64,000 nt of DNA from Podarcis melisellensis. Its lineage: Eukaryota. The translations under genes and the position numbers were made by a program. Of this stretch, positions 12,581-26,545 are shown piece after piece (the stretch's first letter is position 1; each line of letters begins with the position of its first letter). The DNA lies in NCBI GenBank assembly GCA_964234715.1, contig OZ174280.1. One strand, given 5' to 3'. The notes below the pieces were generated by a model that did not search any database, was not told the DNA's origin, and was given only the letters and a program-made list of their open reading frames with translations.

Positions 12581-14216
12581 TCATATAAAACAAGGAAGTA
12601 CAAAACTGAGCGATTCCTGGCATTGTGTGAGAGGGTGAATGGAATAGAAAGTTTCTGTTGGCAACATATCCAGCACAGGTTCAATATTTCTCATTCAGTA
12701 CCTTGAAAATACTTTCCTAGTGAGTAGATGTGCCATTATAAGCCAACTCTTTAAAAGCATGGGCAAACACTGTGCTGAAATACACAATTAATCAAAGGTT
12801 ATTGGGAGGCCAGGATTTTATTTAGATTATTTTTATTTTTGACATTATTTCTTTTAGAATCTTATAGTATTTGCACTAAGAAGTGTGCTAGGGAAGGGGA
12901 GTTGCTACAAAATATTAATCAAAGTCTCTTCCTTCCTTCCTTCCTTTTAATAACCAACAGGTGGAAATGTGTTATTTTGGAAGGTTTATTTTTCTTCTCT
13001 CAATACTTTGTTTCAACATCAGAGTGTTCTAAAAGGTCTGGGCTAGTGATCCAAATGGTGACATGCTTTTTCCAATATCTAAATGACATTTAGTTGCCTT
13101 TATTCATTAAATATCAATAATTTAGGAAATCTAGCCCAAAATGTACTCTGGCAGCAAAATGAATTTGAAAATGTCCACTGTGGCTCGAGTTACCACAATC
13201 CTCCTTTGGATGGTCTGCGCTAGGCAATTGAATTAAAGGATAATGATTTAAAGAAACAAGTGTTTGTGTAATCGTTGTTGCATGGAAGAAGCCAAGTTCT
13301 ATTGAAAATGGAACCTACTTAGTTAAATAAACACACTTGAATATCTTACTGACTTCAAGGATTACACAAACTGAAGGGGGGGAAATGCACAAAGGGGACT
13401 TTCTCTTTGCGGATAAAAAGGTTTGCCAGTTGAGGCATGGAAGCTGCTGGCCTTCCACATTTTCTCTTCTCAGTTCTGCATTTGTTTTGTTTTTCTGTTG
13501 AAGATGCGGGAAAGGGTTACAAAGAGAGAAGAGCTAAAGACAGACTTCACTTCTGAAGCATGGTGTGGTAGTTCGGAAATGCTCGTAATATGGATGTAAC
13601 TGCCTGTGCACCACCATCACCACACACACACACCCCACATACCGCTGCAAGCTCTATTCAAAGTGGGAGGTTGATTAGGGGAACCCCAGTTCTGTTTCTC
13701 AAGAAAGTTTATGAAAGCCTGATTCTGAGCTGTGTGTGTGTGGCTGATGTGGACAGTATTGCTGGCAATTTCAGTGAGGTTCATGGCCGTTCCCTTCCCA
13801 CCACTACCCTGTCAGTTCCTCTGCTCTTTTCTTCATTGTGCCTTGTTTATCTAATGATGAACTGCCCCCCTTCTCCTTCTTCCCCAAAGGTCTCCCTGGT
13901 TTGGGAGAGTGTAGAAGGCAACAAATCCTTCAGATCAATGGCTTTTCCCAGCCCCTCCCCCCAATAGGCCATAAACCATCCCAGACACTCCACCTCTTGG
14001 ACCCAGCTGATGTTGGCATTCCGACATCAGTAAGGCTACAGATGCAGAATACTGTGCCAACCTGGAAATGGCACAGTGATCATGCGCAGACTGGGCCAGT
14101 ATTTGTAACCCAACTGAAACTGTCATATATAGCTGCCAAACCTGCCATTCTGTGTGAATGAGATTAGGCCATTTTTCTTCCTTAGTCTTAGGGCTGCTCA
14201 ACTATTAACTCTAAAT

Positions 14217-14653
14217 CAGGGGTGAGGGACATTTTTGGTTCTGCAGACGGGGTCCTTATCTGCTTTCTTATCCATTACATAATGTCATGATGGAAGTCAG
14301 GGCATCAAACACCTTGCTACTTGCCCATCATTTTAGCAGAGGATTTGCATGAAATCACCTTCTTAAATAATGGGGAAATGTACCTTTATCAGATGATCCT
14401 GATCCACACCCCTTCCTCATTTAGGGTGACTCTAAAAATGAAATGTGCAGGATTTAACGGCACATCAACTGATGAGTGGAGATTAAATCCTGCTGCCTTG
14501 TGTGCAGGCAATGCCAGATTTCACCCTGTCTTCCTGACCATCAGCTGACGTCACTTGTGACATCAGCTGACAAGCAAGTTGGCGTGGTTTGTGGGAAATG
14601 GCTTCATGGGGCAAATTGGACCCACTGGCAAGGCAAAGTTGGTTCCCCACCTG
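14217..14653. mobile_element. Degenerate hAT (Charlie-like) MITE
   Basis: Ends caggggtgagggac / ggttccccacctg. Flanks ctctaaat and ttctagat. Internal palindrome tcagctgacgtcac/gtgacatcagctga. Confidence 0.45.
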
Positions 14654-15567
14654 ATTCTAGATCCCCCTGTTTCCTTCCAGTTATGTTGAGTGGAAAGAAA
14701 CTGGAACTTCTAGAGTTAAATATTCAGCAGTCCTAAAAATAAGGAGAAAAAAGTGATGCATTACAGATTTATGAAAAAGTTGGCATATAAAACGAGAAAA
14801 GGGCCAATATTGGCCTTATTATTATGTAGTGAGCTATATTTATTCATGTTTACTTGTTCGCTATAAACACTAAAAACAGCATATGCCCATGAGAGCTGGG
14901 TGAATAATTTAAATACATGAGTATGTGTATATATATCTATATACATATATACACACAATAATGTATTTGAATTTTTTGTGAAATTTGATGTATACATTAT
15001 TCAAGAAATTCTAATGTGTGTGTAGCCATACTTACAGCCAGATTTGCAAAAAAGCAAATACAAAAAACATACTCCACAATTTATGGAATACACCAAAAGC
15101 TGCTTTTTCAGTCCCAGTTGGACATAAAGGCATCAAAACTGGATGTCAGTCCTTGCAACAGCTCCTTTCTGTGCAAGAGTAAGGACCTCTTTATTCACTC
15201 TGGATAGAAGAACAATTACTGGTTGCTAACATCCAGACCCCTAGCATGGGTCGAACCATCTCATGGGGCTAGACTAGAGGGGGAGGTTTTGACCCGCTGG
15301 AATAATGTACTTGATCTTCAGTGATCTTGAAGTGGCCCCACCGCCATCACATGATGACATTGGGCCCAATCTGTGCAGTCACTGTGGCACTTCCAGGCTG
15401 GCACAGCAGTTTGTCTGCCCCACTTCTAACCTTTCAGTCTGGCAGGCATGTGCAACAGGACCGCAGATGCAGTGGTTGCTCTGCCATTTTGTTAAGTTCT
15501 TATGGGCAAACTCCAGAATTTGAATTGCATCCTTAGTCTTACTATATGAAACCAAGGTGATATACAA

Positions 15568-15626
15568 GTAGCTTCCAGGTGGTCATTACTCCAAGGACTG
15601 ACCAAGACCTGCTTACCTTCAGCAAG
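15568..15626 (-). pseudogene. 5S rRNA-derived fragment (5S-SINE head or 5S pseudogene)
   Basis: Minus strand gaaggtaagcaggtcttggtcagtccttggagtaatgaccacctggaagctac resembles the 5S internal control region gaagctaagcagggtc...ggttagtacttggatgggagaccgcctgggaatac. Confidence 0.5.
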
Positions 15627-16013
15627 GTGGTGGAATAATTTGCTTGGGATTAATGAATCTGTTAATTTTGGTTTCCTTCAGTTTCTCATTTTTCCAATCT
15701 TAGATTCAGTATTCTATAATTCCACATCAGTCTCTCTCTCCCCCCTCCCCCTCTCCCTATTTTAGTGTGATTTCTTTCCTAACATAAACATTTTTGTAAA
15801 CCATTTTTGTAAATGGTTTTTTTTGTTATTATTATCATACACATATGCACTTTTATGCATGCTTTACCCTAGTATATGCATTTTTGCACACATTAATTTC
15901 CTGGAAACTTGCACTGCAGAATTCAGAGAAGTAGGAATTTCAGCAGATAGCTGCATTTACGTATTTTCCCACAGTAAACTGTGACTCACAATAAATGTTA
16001 CCTTACAGTGGTA

Positions 16014-16255
16014 CAGTGGTACCTCAGGTTACATATGCTTCAGGTTACATACGCTTCAAGTTACAGACTCTGCTAACCCAGAAATATTACCTTGGGTTAA
16101 GAACTTTGCTTCAGGATGATAACAGAAATCGTGCTCCAGCAGCACGGCAGCAGCAGGAGGCCCCATTAGCTAAAGTGGTGCTTCAGGTTAAGAACAGTTT
16201 CAGGTTAAGAACGGACCTCCAGAATGAATTAAGTTCTTAACCCGAGGTACCACTG
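16014..16255. mobile_element. Tc1/mariner (Tigger-like) MITE
   Basis: TA-flanked TIRs cagtggtacctcaggtta / taacccgaggtaccactg. Confidence 0.88.
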
Positions 16256-16262
16256 TACATAA

Positions 16263-16417
16263 NNNNNNNNNNNNNNNNNNNNNNNNNNNNNNNNNNNNNN
16301 NNNNNNNNNNNNNNNNNNNNNNNNNNNNNNNNNNNNNNNNNNNNNNNNNNNNNNNNNNNNNNNNNNNNNNNNNNNNNNNNNNNNNNNNNNNNNNNNNNNN
16401 NNNNNNNNNNNNNNNNN
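16263..16417. other. Assembly gap (155 N)
   Basis: Run of N. Confidence 1.
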
Positions 16418-17346
16418 AATTGGGAACTAAGGCAATTCAAAGGCCCCGGTTATGGTTTGGAGAATCCAAATGGTACTTTATCTGCCACCAGTACCACCAA
16501 TGCAGTAGTGGCTGCAGCACCATTCATACATCAATTCCTGCCTTCATCCATCCAATCCCCACACCGCTTCCTATTGCCAACTGAAGCAGGTGGCTTTACT
16601 CTACTGACAGGGCCTGGCCAAGCAGCTGCCACCAAAGTGCTAGACCAGTTAAGGACCTCCCTTTAGGTGGGTCTTTAAGCCCAATAAGAGCGTCATGCTT
16701 TCCTTTCTCCTTTACCTTTTCCTGGCAGGATTTTCAATGGATCAGCACCAATCAGTCTCCTCAGTTATGTACTCAGTTATGTATGCCTTTGCCAAGACAA
16801 AAGGTCATGGCATGCGCGGGCCCGTGGGTGTGATCCAAGTGGGTGGATTTGGATCAGCTATTTTGAGAAATGGTTTTCCACCTTCTGCACTCCTGTTTTT
16901 CTTAGTATGTTTTCTTTGGCCATTCCTCTGAGGAACACAGGTGTGTGTGTGTGTGTCAGCTCTGTGGGGGAGGATATCTTCCCCTCTCCCCCCTTCTTTC
17001 TGTCACTCTCCATGCCCTATTGGATATGTAATGCTGCTGATGGCTTGAAGAACAGGATATGCGCAGTTGTGTGTGCATTCTGTCTTATTCTATGGGGGCA
17101 TCCCTTCACTTCCTCCTTTCTTGAGTGTGTGTGTGAGAGAGAGACAGACAGACCAACTGAAGAACAGAGACAGAATGTTCATTTTGTCTCTCGGTGTAAA
17201 AGAGACAACATCAGGAATTTAACATGTGGTGCAAACACACTGGCAGGGGGTGCCAATGGGCTCGCTGGTGCACTTGCATCTTTCAGACCTCGCCGCTGCC
17301 TCCCTCTTCCCTATTGGGAAGCAACAGTGGTCCACAGTGGTCCACG

Positions 17347-17568
17347 GTAGACTCGCAATCTGGGGAACTGGGTTCGTGTCTCCGCCCCTCCACATGCAGC
17401 TGCTGGGTGACCTTGGGCTAGTCACACTTCTTTGAAGTCTCTCAGCCCCACTCACCTCACAGAGTGTTTGTTATGGGGGAGGAAGGGAAAGGAGAATGTT
17501 AGCCACTTTGAGACTCCTTCGGGTAGTGATAAAGTGGGATATCAAATCCAAACTCCTCTTCTTCTTCA
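17347..17568 (+). mobile_element. Squam3-type CORE-SINE (5' truncated)
   Basis: Matches the 59059 copy. Confidence 0.85.
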
Positions 17569-19206
17569 CTTGCCAGGAGCCTAAAGTAGGACCCCTGCAC
17601 CCACAGAGCATCTTTTGCTTGTAAAGACAGTGCTTGTTGCATACATGGGAAAAAATAGATCCCCCCCACACTTTTAGGAGGTGTGGCTAGAGAAAATGGG
17701 AACATATTCTTGACGTGGAAGCAGGGACAATTGGGTGGGAAGCTAATTTTGGGAGGAGAAAATGGTGTGTGGGGTTTGGTCTTGAGCAACCCTTCTAGCT
17801 TCAGTCACCTTTTTGAACTGTCTATTGCAGCAGTCACCTTTTTGAACTGTCTATTGTGGTCATGGGAAAGTTACTCATCTCTATCTGATCCAGCACTCTG
17901 CCCCCCTGTTCTTTGCCCCCCAAATCTGGTGTGAAGAAATATAGAGCCCCTGAACATGGTGGTTCCATGTGGTTAGCATGACTGATAATAAGGGCTTTCC
18001 TAGATACACTGGAGTGGAGCTGGCAGGAGAATTTTCAGTGGACCCAACTGTCTTGTAAGGTGGGAGGGGCCCACAGTACTTCTACTCAGTGGTGGACCTA
18101 CATTTCTGGGGGCATGAAGTTCAAACTGTTATGCAGGCCCCTTCACAACCAGCAATGAGGTCCTGATAACCACTGCTATCTTCTTCAGAAAGGTTGTTCC
18201 ACACAGATAATTACAAATTTTCCATGAGTTTGAGTTTTTAGTATCTTTAAGTAGTTTCATGAACTCATTGTTATTCTTCTAGGTTCCTGACCTCTGGTCA
18301 AAAAGTGGGGCAGGATTACATTAGCCACAGCAGAGCAGCCACCTTAACATAACACTCATACTTTACAACATCTGTACAACGTCTATACAACAAAAAATCA
18401 ATATGGATTGTGTGACTCATATTGGGTCTATTGGGTCCCCAAAATGTTAGGCAATGTGAACTAAGGTTGCATCTGGGACCCCTCCAGGACCAGGGACTCT
18501 AATGCTTAAGTTTCATTAGTTTCATAATAGATCTGCCCCAGCTTCTGAATTTTGGAGGCATGACCATATTTCAGTGAACCACTTCCATGGGTCAGAGATC
18601 TCAAGGAATCAGCAGCACAGCCTAGCATCTGGCTGCCACCCTGCCGTTGGATCAAATCTGCATATGCATCTCAGAAAACCGAAAGTAACACTGATGTAGG
18701 ACCAAACATATTCCTTGAGGGAGGAGTCATAGCTCCATGGCAGAGCCTCTGGTTTTATCACATAACATCTCAGCCTCAATCCCTGGCATCTTTAGCGAAA
18801 CCTCTCTGCTTGCATGCCTACAGAGACATTTGCCTGAGAATCAGGCAGAGCAACTATATTAATAATGTAAGATACAGCTCAATATACCCTCATGAGACTC
18901 TTGGCCATCACATCTCTGCTGAATCCAACTTCCTGCAGTCATTAAACAAAAGAGTTTCCCCTATAGCAGAAGGCAAATGATTGCACGTCTCCTCTCCTAA
19001 GCATTTAAACATTGTAATTGTTCCCAGATTTATTCAACATTTTGGAACGTGCTGTTCTGGCCCCCTGGTGGACTGAGTTGCAGAGATCCCGATAATCCAT
19101 GGATAGGACCTAATCTGACCCCAGCACTTGGAAACCAGAGCTAAGCAAGCATTGGCTGCTTTATTTCCTTAAAGAACTGCTGATCGTCAGTAGTGTTTGG
19201 TTTTAC

Positions 19207-19317
19207 CTTCTGGAGTTCGTAATTTCCATGGAGCTGTCATCATCCTTGGCATATCGGCCATGGAATGTCAACCAAGGCTGCTGGTTGCAACATTTGGCTT
19301 TGTTTTCAAAAAGAAAC
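19207..19317 (-). CDS. Candidate exon C (111 nt, or 127 nt from the alternative acceptor at 19333), FLFENKAKCCNQQPWLTFHGRYAKDDDSSMEITNSR
   Basis: Long polypyrimidine tract, two candidate AGs (cccctcaag| and ttttggatag|) and donor AAG|gtaaaa. Only one frame is open (ORF 19203..19409 -). It may be a non-coding 3'UTR exon if exon B carries the stop. Confidence 0.5.
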
Positions 19318-19982
19318 CTATCCAAAAGCATCACTTGAGGGGAAGGAAAGCAAAGCCGGAGAGGGAGAGGGAGAATGGGAGTATTATAAAACAAAATTAA
19401 CAGAGCCACAGAAGCAAGGCTCAGATCTGTGGAGGGAACACCCCATTCTCCCTTCCTGCTTTAGCAAGAGTTCAGCTTGTTTTTCTTTCCAGTTTTCAGT
19501 TACCGTTCAGTCATCCTGGCCAATTTCTTTTGTCAGATCTGTCTCTAGATTCAGGTTGCAATCCTGTACATACTTATGGGAGCAAGTTCTGTTGAACTAA
19601 GTGGGGTCGCATAAAGGTGGATGAATCTGTCGTGTTTTGTTTTTCTCAGTTACTCATTTTTCCAATCTTATGTTCAATTTTTCAGATGTAAACATCAGTT
19701 TGTGATTATTGTTATTTTAAATCACCCTATGAAAATTCAGCAAAATATTTCTCCTAATATACACATTTGTAATCAATTTTGTTGAATATACACATTTTTT
19801 CAAAGCAATTTGCACCAATATAATGCATTTCTAGGGATGAGGGAGAAAATTCATTCTGTTTGCTTGTAAAGGGGAGCCCACCTAATCAAATTTCTCCCTC
19901 ATAGCATACATCAGAGTGCATTGTTACTGTGCAACTGTTTTATTGCGCTAATGTTTTATTATGTTTTATAGATGCTGTAAAA

Positions 19983-20312
19983 GGACACAGGTGGCGCTGT
20001 GGGTTAAACCGCAGAGCCTAGGACTTACCGATCAGAAGGTTGGTGGTTCAAATCCCCACGATGGGGTGAGCTCCCGTTGCTCGGTCCCTGCTCCTGCCAA
20101 CCTAGTAGTTCAAAAGCACCTCAAAGTGCAAGTAGATAAATAGGTACCGCTCCGGCGGAAAGGTAAACGGCGTTTCCGTGTGCTGCTCTGGTTTGCCAGA
20201 AGTGGCTTAGTCATGCTGGCCACATGACCCTGAAGCTGTACGCCGGCTCCCTCAGCCAATAAAGTGAGATGAGCACCGCAACCCCAGTCGGCCACGACTG
20301 GACCTAATGGAC
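19983..20312 (+). mobile_element. Sauria SINE (lacertid POM-type)
   Basis: tRNA-like head gtggcgctgtgggttaaacc...ggttcaaatccc and body gtagataaataggtaccgct. Inserted in an L2 3' end. Confidence 0.9.
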
Positions 20313-21209
20313 CTATACGCTCTAAGCCACCCAGAGCAACCCAGCCAGATGGGAGGGGTGTTGATAAAAATTGTTGTTGTTGTTATCATCATCATCATTA
20401 CTTCCCCTGAAGTGTAACATTTTTCCCAAACATATTTTAATGGATTTTCTGAATAAAAAAATGGCACCATATATACTTAAATGGCTCATAAATCTATAGT
20501 GTAGATGGGGTGATCAAAGAAGCAGGGAGATGCTTTTATTTCTGGAGGTAATTTTAGATGGCGTGGGACCAAAAGAACAGGAATCCAAAGGAAATTATTA
20601 TTTCAACAGAATTAAACATTTCTGAGTAGCTGCAAATGAAAATGCCTTTAAAGAGATCATCAGAAGTTAAGATTCAGAGATAGAGTATACAAATTTCAAG
20701 AGACACCATGATGGTAAGTTGCACCGGACGAAATTAGGCATGACATTCATTATGTCATTATTGTAATGATTTGTATCTAGTTTTAAATGTTTAAATGGCA
20801 ATTGCACTAAGATGGAGCCCAGGAGCAGAACTACAACATGTGGAGTGGGGATTCCTCAGTGCTCTCCCAACTACTGTGTAGTTGAAAGCATCTATTGATG
20901 ACAAAAAACAAAGACATTTAAGGTTATAATCTGACCCCCCAGAAAGGAGCTGGGATATTTCAGGTTCACATCCTAAGTGCACTTCCAAACAAGTCCATTA
21001 GCCTGAGAGGGCTGTTCCAATCATCACAGTGTCAAGCTGACACTTTGCAAAATTTCAAAATTCAACAGGAGGTATCCCCTTTTCGCTGTGTAAATATGGA
21101 TATCTCTCACTCAACTGACGCTTCTCGACCTCTTCCGTTTTTCTGGGTGTCCCCCCCCCCTCAGAAGAAAGGGGAGTGACACTACCACTCCACCAAGAGG
21201 ACACAAGAT

Positions 21210-21708
21210 ACACACCCTCCACTGTCCTCCACCTGTCCCGGTTTTATTTTATTATTTTATTTTTTGGCAGATTTACAAAAATAAAAACACACCAATAAAT
21301 AAATTTTAGACTCCTTGTGCTCTGCTCCACTTCCCCTTTCTTCCTGCTTAGAGTGGCCCTGCCCTTCATCTCTGCCCCTCAGAGCCGGTGCGTCACATGG
21401 GATTGGGTCCCAGCAAGGGTAGCCTCTCCTCTTCATTCAGTCTCCAGCAGCTACTATGAGATGCACAAGGAAGGAGGCTAGCAACAGCTGCCTTGGTGAT
21501 TCCATGGAGAAGCAATGGGATGTTCCCTTGCAACACTGCAGCCACTGTCGTTGCTTGGGACAAGCATTGACTCATCCTCCTTTTTGAGCTTAGCGGCGGC
21601 AGCACTGGCAGGGGAACTAGGGACATTATGGAATCAAATCAGAAGCCAGGATGGCTTTCATAATTCTGGGACTGTCCCTAGAAAATCAGGAAACATGGAG
21701 GCTATATG
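21210..21708. mobile_element. hAT-like non-autonomous element with gggac/gtccc subterminal motifs
   Basis: Ends cacaccctccactgtcc / ctgggactgtccctagaaaatcaggaaacatggagg. A related right end lies at 417-691. Confidence 0.45.
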
Positions 21709-24124
21709 AGGGCCTTCAACAACAGGGTGTTCTCCTAATCCTTAGACTACAATTCCCATCAGCCCCAGACATCCAGGCCATGCTAACTTGGCTTGATGAG
21801 AGTTGTAGTCCAAAACATCTGGCCAGTAAAGTCTGCATTATTCAGAAGGGGATCTGCATTATGTTCCCTCTTTTTTTTCAAGTCATTATCTATTTGACAC
21901 TTCTTCCCTAAGGAAATGGGACTGGCCAGTTCTCCCCATGTACTCTCTTATAGAAGGGAGCCCCTCTCTCCTGTATTCTGAGGAGTTAAAGACACAAGTG
22001 CTTGTTCTCCCCCACCCCCAGTCCTGCATCAGCAAGCCCAAACTGGGATCTGTAGGCACATAAGCCTTGTAAGGTTTAAACAATCCTGATCCTGTATACA
22101 CCAAAGCAACAGTAAAATTCCCATTGACCTCAGAGCCAGCGGGGTTGGACTCATATTGCATGACCTCCGTTCATCTGATTATCAGTTCATTACCTTTTCT
22201 TGTGATATCTGAACTACAAAGACTGCATCCAAAATCCACTAAAATCAGCAGGAGAGTGCTTCCATGTGCTTCGTTTAGACCTTCACTCTGGGAAGGGGGG
22301 AGAGTAAGAAGAGGAGGGAATGAGAGTTCTTGCGAAAAAATGTAAGTGGGTGTGATCTGGAATGGAAGAGATTTGGATACTGCAGAACAGACCAGGAGCT
22401 ATTTAAAGAGTGTGCTTGCTACTGAGCGTTCCCCTTTCAAAGGGTTATATAAATATGTTCTCGTCTCAACATATGTGGAAAAACAAGGTCTGAGGTGAGA
22501 CTATATCCCTTCATTTCTTATGGGAAATAGTGTTTGGACTCGTAACACCTCCTCTACCACCGCCCACAGGCCCTGGAAACCTCTTACCAGCTGCATTTAG
22601 TGTAAAACTAACATCCGGTAGCACTCCTTTAAGAGTCCAGCACCTTTCCATTATATTAAGACTCTTGTTTTTATTCCTTTTCTCCTTTTTTTGACAGGGA
22701 TATAAAAGCTTTCACATGAAACTGGTGAACACCCTGTCTGACAAAGGAGTATAAGCCCTTTCCTGGGGCTTTGCTTCTGTTTGGTCTTGTACTGTGTGTG
22801 AAATAAAACCCAAAATTCTCAAGCTACCTATTGGACGTTTCAGTCCAATTCCTAAGTCATAATGAGGCCCGAATAAATGGGTCATTGGAAGTCTGTGATC
22901 AGATCTTCTATCTCTAAAAAATATATATATTCTCAAAAGCAGTTGCAGTGGGTTGGGGAAATTTGGATCAGGATCATGGTGCTCAAGAGCTTGGAGTTAA
23001 ACCCTTACAGCTCCTGCTGTTTACCTAATATAAATGACCACCACCAAAAGAACATAGAAGAGCCTGCTGGATTAGGCCAATGGCCCATCTAGTCCAGCAT
23101 CCTGTTCTCACAGTGGTCATCCAAATACTTATGGGAAGCCCAAAAGCTATTTGGTACATTATGGGAAACTTACATATACTGGCATTTTCCCATTAAGTAC
23201 ACAGCACAGGGGAAAGGTTATTGTTAGGATGGCTGCCTCAATCCAATTGGGCACCAAAACTGCCTTTAAAGGCCATTTTAAAAGAACTGATAAAGGATCT
23301 TGCTTGGTCATGTGTACACATTGACTCACTGAAATGCTCATTTCCAATTTCTGTTATGGTCTAATAATCCTGAAAGGGAACATGTTGAAACATATTTGGC
23401 TGCCAGTTGTTTGGATTATTTTCTCCATGCCACTTCAAACATCCCAAAACATCAAACTACAAAGTCCTATGGTGGCTTGCAGAAAATTAGGCAATCTGCG
23501 TGAGCCATAGCACATAAACAACTTGCCATGTGTTAGCATACGCTGCAATTTAAAGTGGCCAAACAGGCCCTTAAGTAAAGGATATTCATTACATACTACA
23601 GATCTCTGGTGTTCTGAAATATGGGTTCCTTGCCATATTCTGGGTAACTGGTGCGCCAGAATGACATCCAATCCTTTTCAGCAAGGATTGTCATTAAGAA
23701 GTAAGGATCTGCAATCCTAGGGCAACACTGACAATGGGTATTTAAGAGCTAAAACAGTGTGCTTAATTTCCCAGGATATCAGAAACCAGCAGCGTTCTGA
23801 GTGCAGACTTTCTCTCCCTTTAAAACCATTTACCAGGCAGCCAATTCTATGACCATAGATCAGTATCCCCATCAAGGAATGGGTATTGCCTGTTCAGCAA
23901 TACTGGGTATATCAGTTCAGGAGGAAGAGTCAAAAGATGGAAAGGATTTAGAGGAGGCAGTTCTGGATTTAGAGTGGTTTGGGTGGTTCCCGCAATCAGG
24001 GTACTAAGCCAAGGGGGCACACAACAAATTTACAATATCTATATTTATAAGGGTATCTACTCAAAGATGAGGAAGGAAATTGTCCTCTCTCAGGGCACCA
24101 TATTACTGAAGTCCATCATGGAGG

Positions 24125-24375
24125 AAGGTTCCACAAAGGTTTAGAAGGAAAAATCCTACGAGGACTGACTTAGAGAACAAGGTTTGTTTAGCCTAGCAGA
24201 ATGGAACCAACTGAGTCTACAGTAAGATAGGGCAAAGGGCAATGGATTTAAACTACAGATAAAAATGTGTTGATGAAACATAAGAAAGTTATCCCAAGTA
24301 TAACAGCAGCCCACCAATGGAACAAGCTACCTATGGACACTTTCTCCTTGGAAGTTTCCAAGGAATGTTTTCATA
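24125..24375 (+). mobile_element. Degenerate CR1 fragment
   Basis: ggtttagaaggaaaaatcctacgagg...ttgtttagcctag...gcaatggatttaaactaca resembles the CR1 ORF2 end. Confidence 0.5.
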
Positions 24376-25299
24376 AGTTTGTTTTATGGCAGAGAAGGGT
24401 GCTTTAGTATACCATTACCTACCTTGGGACACAGAACTAAACATGGGCTCTATACTACATGATCGCTTTGTTATCTAATCCCTAATAGAGTTGCCAGTGA
24501 ATTTTACCCAAAGCAAATGCTAAGGTAAATTTGGAAGTTCCTTCCCAGCTGAGGCAGTCAAATAATTGTGAAGGAAACAAAGAGAGTTTCAATAAATCTA
24601 GGGAACATGGCAGCCAGCAAGATGGTATATGGGGAAGCAGTCAGACACTCTCCATATGTGTGTGTGTGTGTGTGTTTTCAGTTGGAGGCAAAGGCAAAGG
24701 GGCACCTTTGCTAATTGGCCAAAATACCCAGCACAGACATAACAATTTTCATGCTTCTGTTGTCTCCTTACAACATCTGTAAGGGCTTTTGGCTAACCAT
24801 TCTCTCAGTTACTGCTCAGCAGCAATAGGAAGTTCTCTCTAAAAGTGCCTCTCCCCAGCCACTACTGCAAACAAAACTTCTCAGTGAACTATGCACAACC
24901 CAGAGAAACTCCATTTGCTTTACTGACTGATTCCTCACGTTTATATGCCATCCTTGGGGAAGCCAATCCAGATGTTGTTGGACTCCAGTTCCCGTTAGCC
25001 TCAGCCAGCAGGGAGTGACAATCCAGCAACACTGAGAGAGTATCTCATTGGCTATCTCTGGTGTAATGTGATGGTGTGAAACCACAACATGCTGCAATCT
25101 AAATCTAAGGAGGTCAGGGTTTGGTCAGTCCCTGAATGGATTGGATTATAGTGCAGACTGTTACTCAAGCTGCATTGCTGTTGTCAGCTGCTTCTCACCA
25201 GAGACTGGAACTTCTGTGGGAGACACACTCACTGACAGCAGGCAATGTTGAGAAGAACTGGGCATGACAACAGTTGCCACTGAAATAATTTACCAATTT

Positions 25300-25497
25300 A
25301 TTGAATTTATATCCCCACTTTTTCTCAGGGTGGTTACTCCCCCATTTAATCCCCACAACAACGCTGTGTGGCAGGTTAGGCTGAGAGACAGTGAGTGGCC
25401 CAAGGTCACCCAGTGAGCTGCATCACCAAGTGGGGATTTGAACCCTCGTCCCCCAGGTCCTACGCTGACACTCTAACCACTACACCACACTGGCTCT
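25300..25497 (-). mobile_element. Older MIR-like CORE-SINE
   Basis: ggcccaaggtcacccagtgag...ggatttgaaccc...actctaaccactacaccacactggct. Similar copies at 90-262 plus 692-730, 5100-5220 and 11843-12000. Confidence 0.7.
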
Positions 25498-26414
25498 TCA
25501 TTCAGAACAAGTGAATCAGTGGGAAGATAAACTGAATCAACAAGTTCCCGTCATCTTGTAATAACAAGCATACTATATAAACACTCATTTCTGAAGGTTT
25601 TATTTTACAGGATCATATCCCTCACCCATCCATTGTTAATTGGACCATTTTGATTACACATACCTAAGTTTTATGCGTTATGTTCTTTGCTTGCATCCAG
25701 GGATCCACAACTCTAGGTTGAAAAGAGTCTGCTACCAGTGAGCTCACCTTTGAACTTGCTCTTTTTTAAAAAGTTGTGTTTTATAGGTGTAGGAGAAAGG
25801 CAACCAAGCAGAGGATGTTGAGGATAATGATCCTTGGCTAACAGAAATGCCATTACCAAGTGACTACGTGCAGAATTGAATGTTTAATATCAATATACAA
25901 GATGGGGAAGCACAACTGTAAACTGATACTCTGGATTAATTGAGTCCACATTCAAGTGCATAGGCCATTGTTTGCCTTTACTAGGGAACATATTTTGGCA
26001 AAGGAAGGGTGTGTTTGAATTATTTGGCTTCTCCCCCCCCCTCCCTAAAGTGCAGCTGTTAAGTGCTATATGTGAAGCATTCAAGAACATGTGTGACCAA
26101 TCTGAGGATGCAGAGTTTGGCAGAGGAAATTTGGCAAGGTTTAATGAAACACAGAACAAGTGCATGTATAATATAATCCTTATTTATTTTTCCACCTGGA
26201 ATCTGCAGCAAATCGTGTTTCCTGAGCTAATCGCTGTCGATTTAATTACAAACAGCCTGATCCAACACCCCCCACCTAAAAAAAAGAGGGATTGGGGAAG
26301 GGGAGATATGCTTTCTCGCTAAAGCAATCCACCCATGGAGCCTTTAGGATCTGGACATATACAGAGCTATTGTGCAAATGATGTAACATTCCTCTCATTA
26401 CACTGGAGAAATAT

Positions 26415-26542
26415 GTTACAGATAGGTAGCCGTGTTGGTCTGCCATAGTCAAAACAAAAAAAAAATCCTTCCAGTAGCACCTTAAAGACCAACTAAGTTA
26501 GTTCTTGGTATGAGCTTTCGTGTGCATGCACACTTCTTCAGA
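26415..26542 (-). mobile_element. Penelope-like element terminal fragment (second copy)
   Basis: Reverse complement of the 28482-28614 arm apart from the poly-A tract. 16-bp TSD tacactggagaaatat at 26399-26414 and 26543-26558. Confidence 0.85.
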
Positions 26543-26545
26543 TAC
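26508..26545 (-). ncRNA. Minimal type I hammerhead ribozyme motif
   Basis: Exact reverse complement of 28485-28522, within the second PLE insertion. Confidence 0.78.

Noticed and set aside
14383-14430. Small minus-strand exon-like segment (atttttag|...|gtacat)
   Set aside because: Stops occur in all three frames, and it lies within a degenerate MITE.
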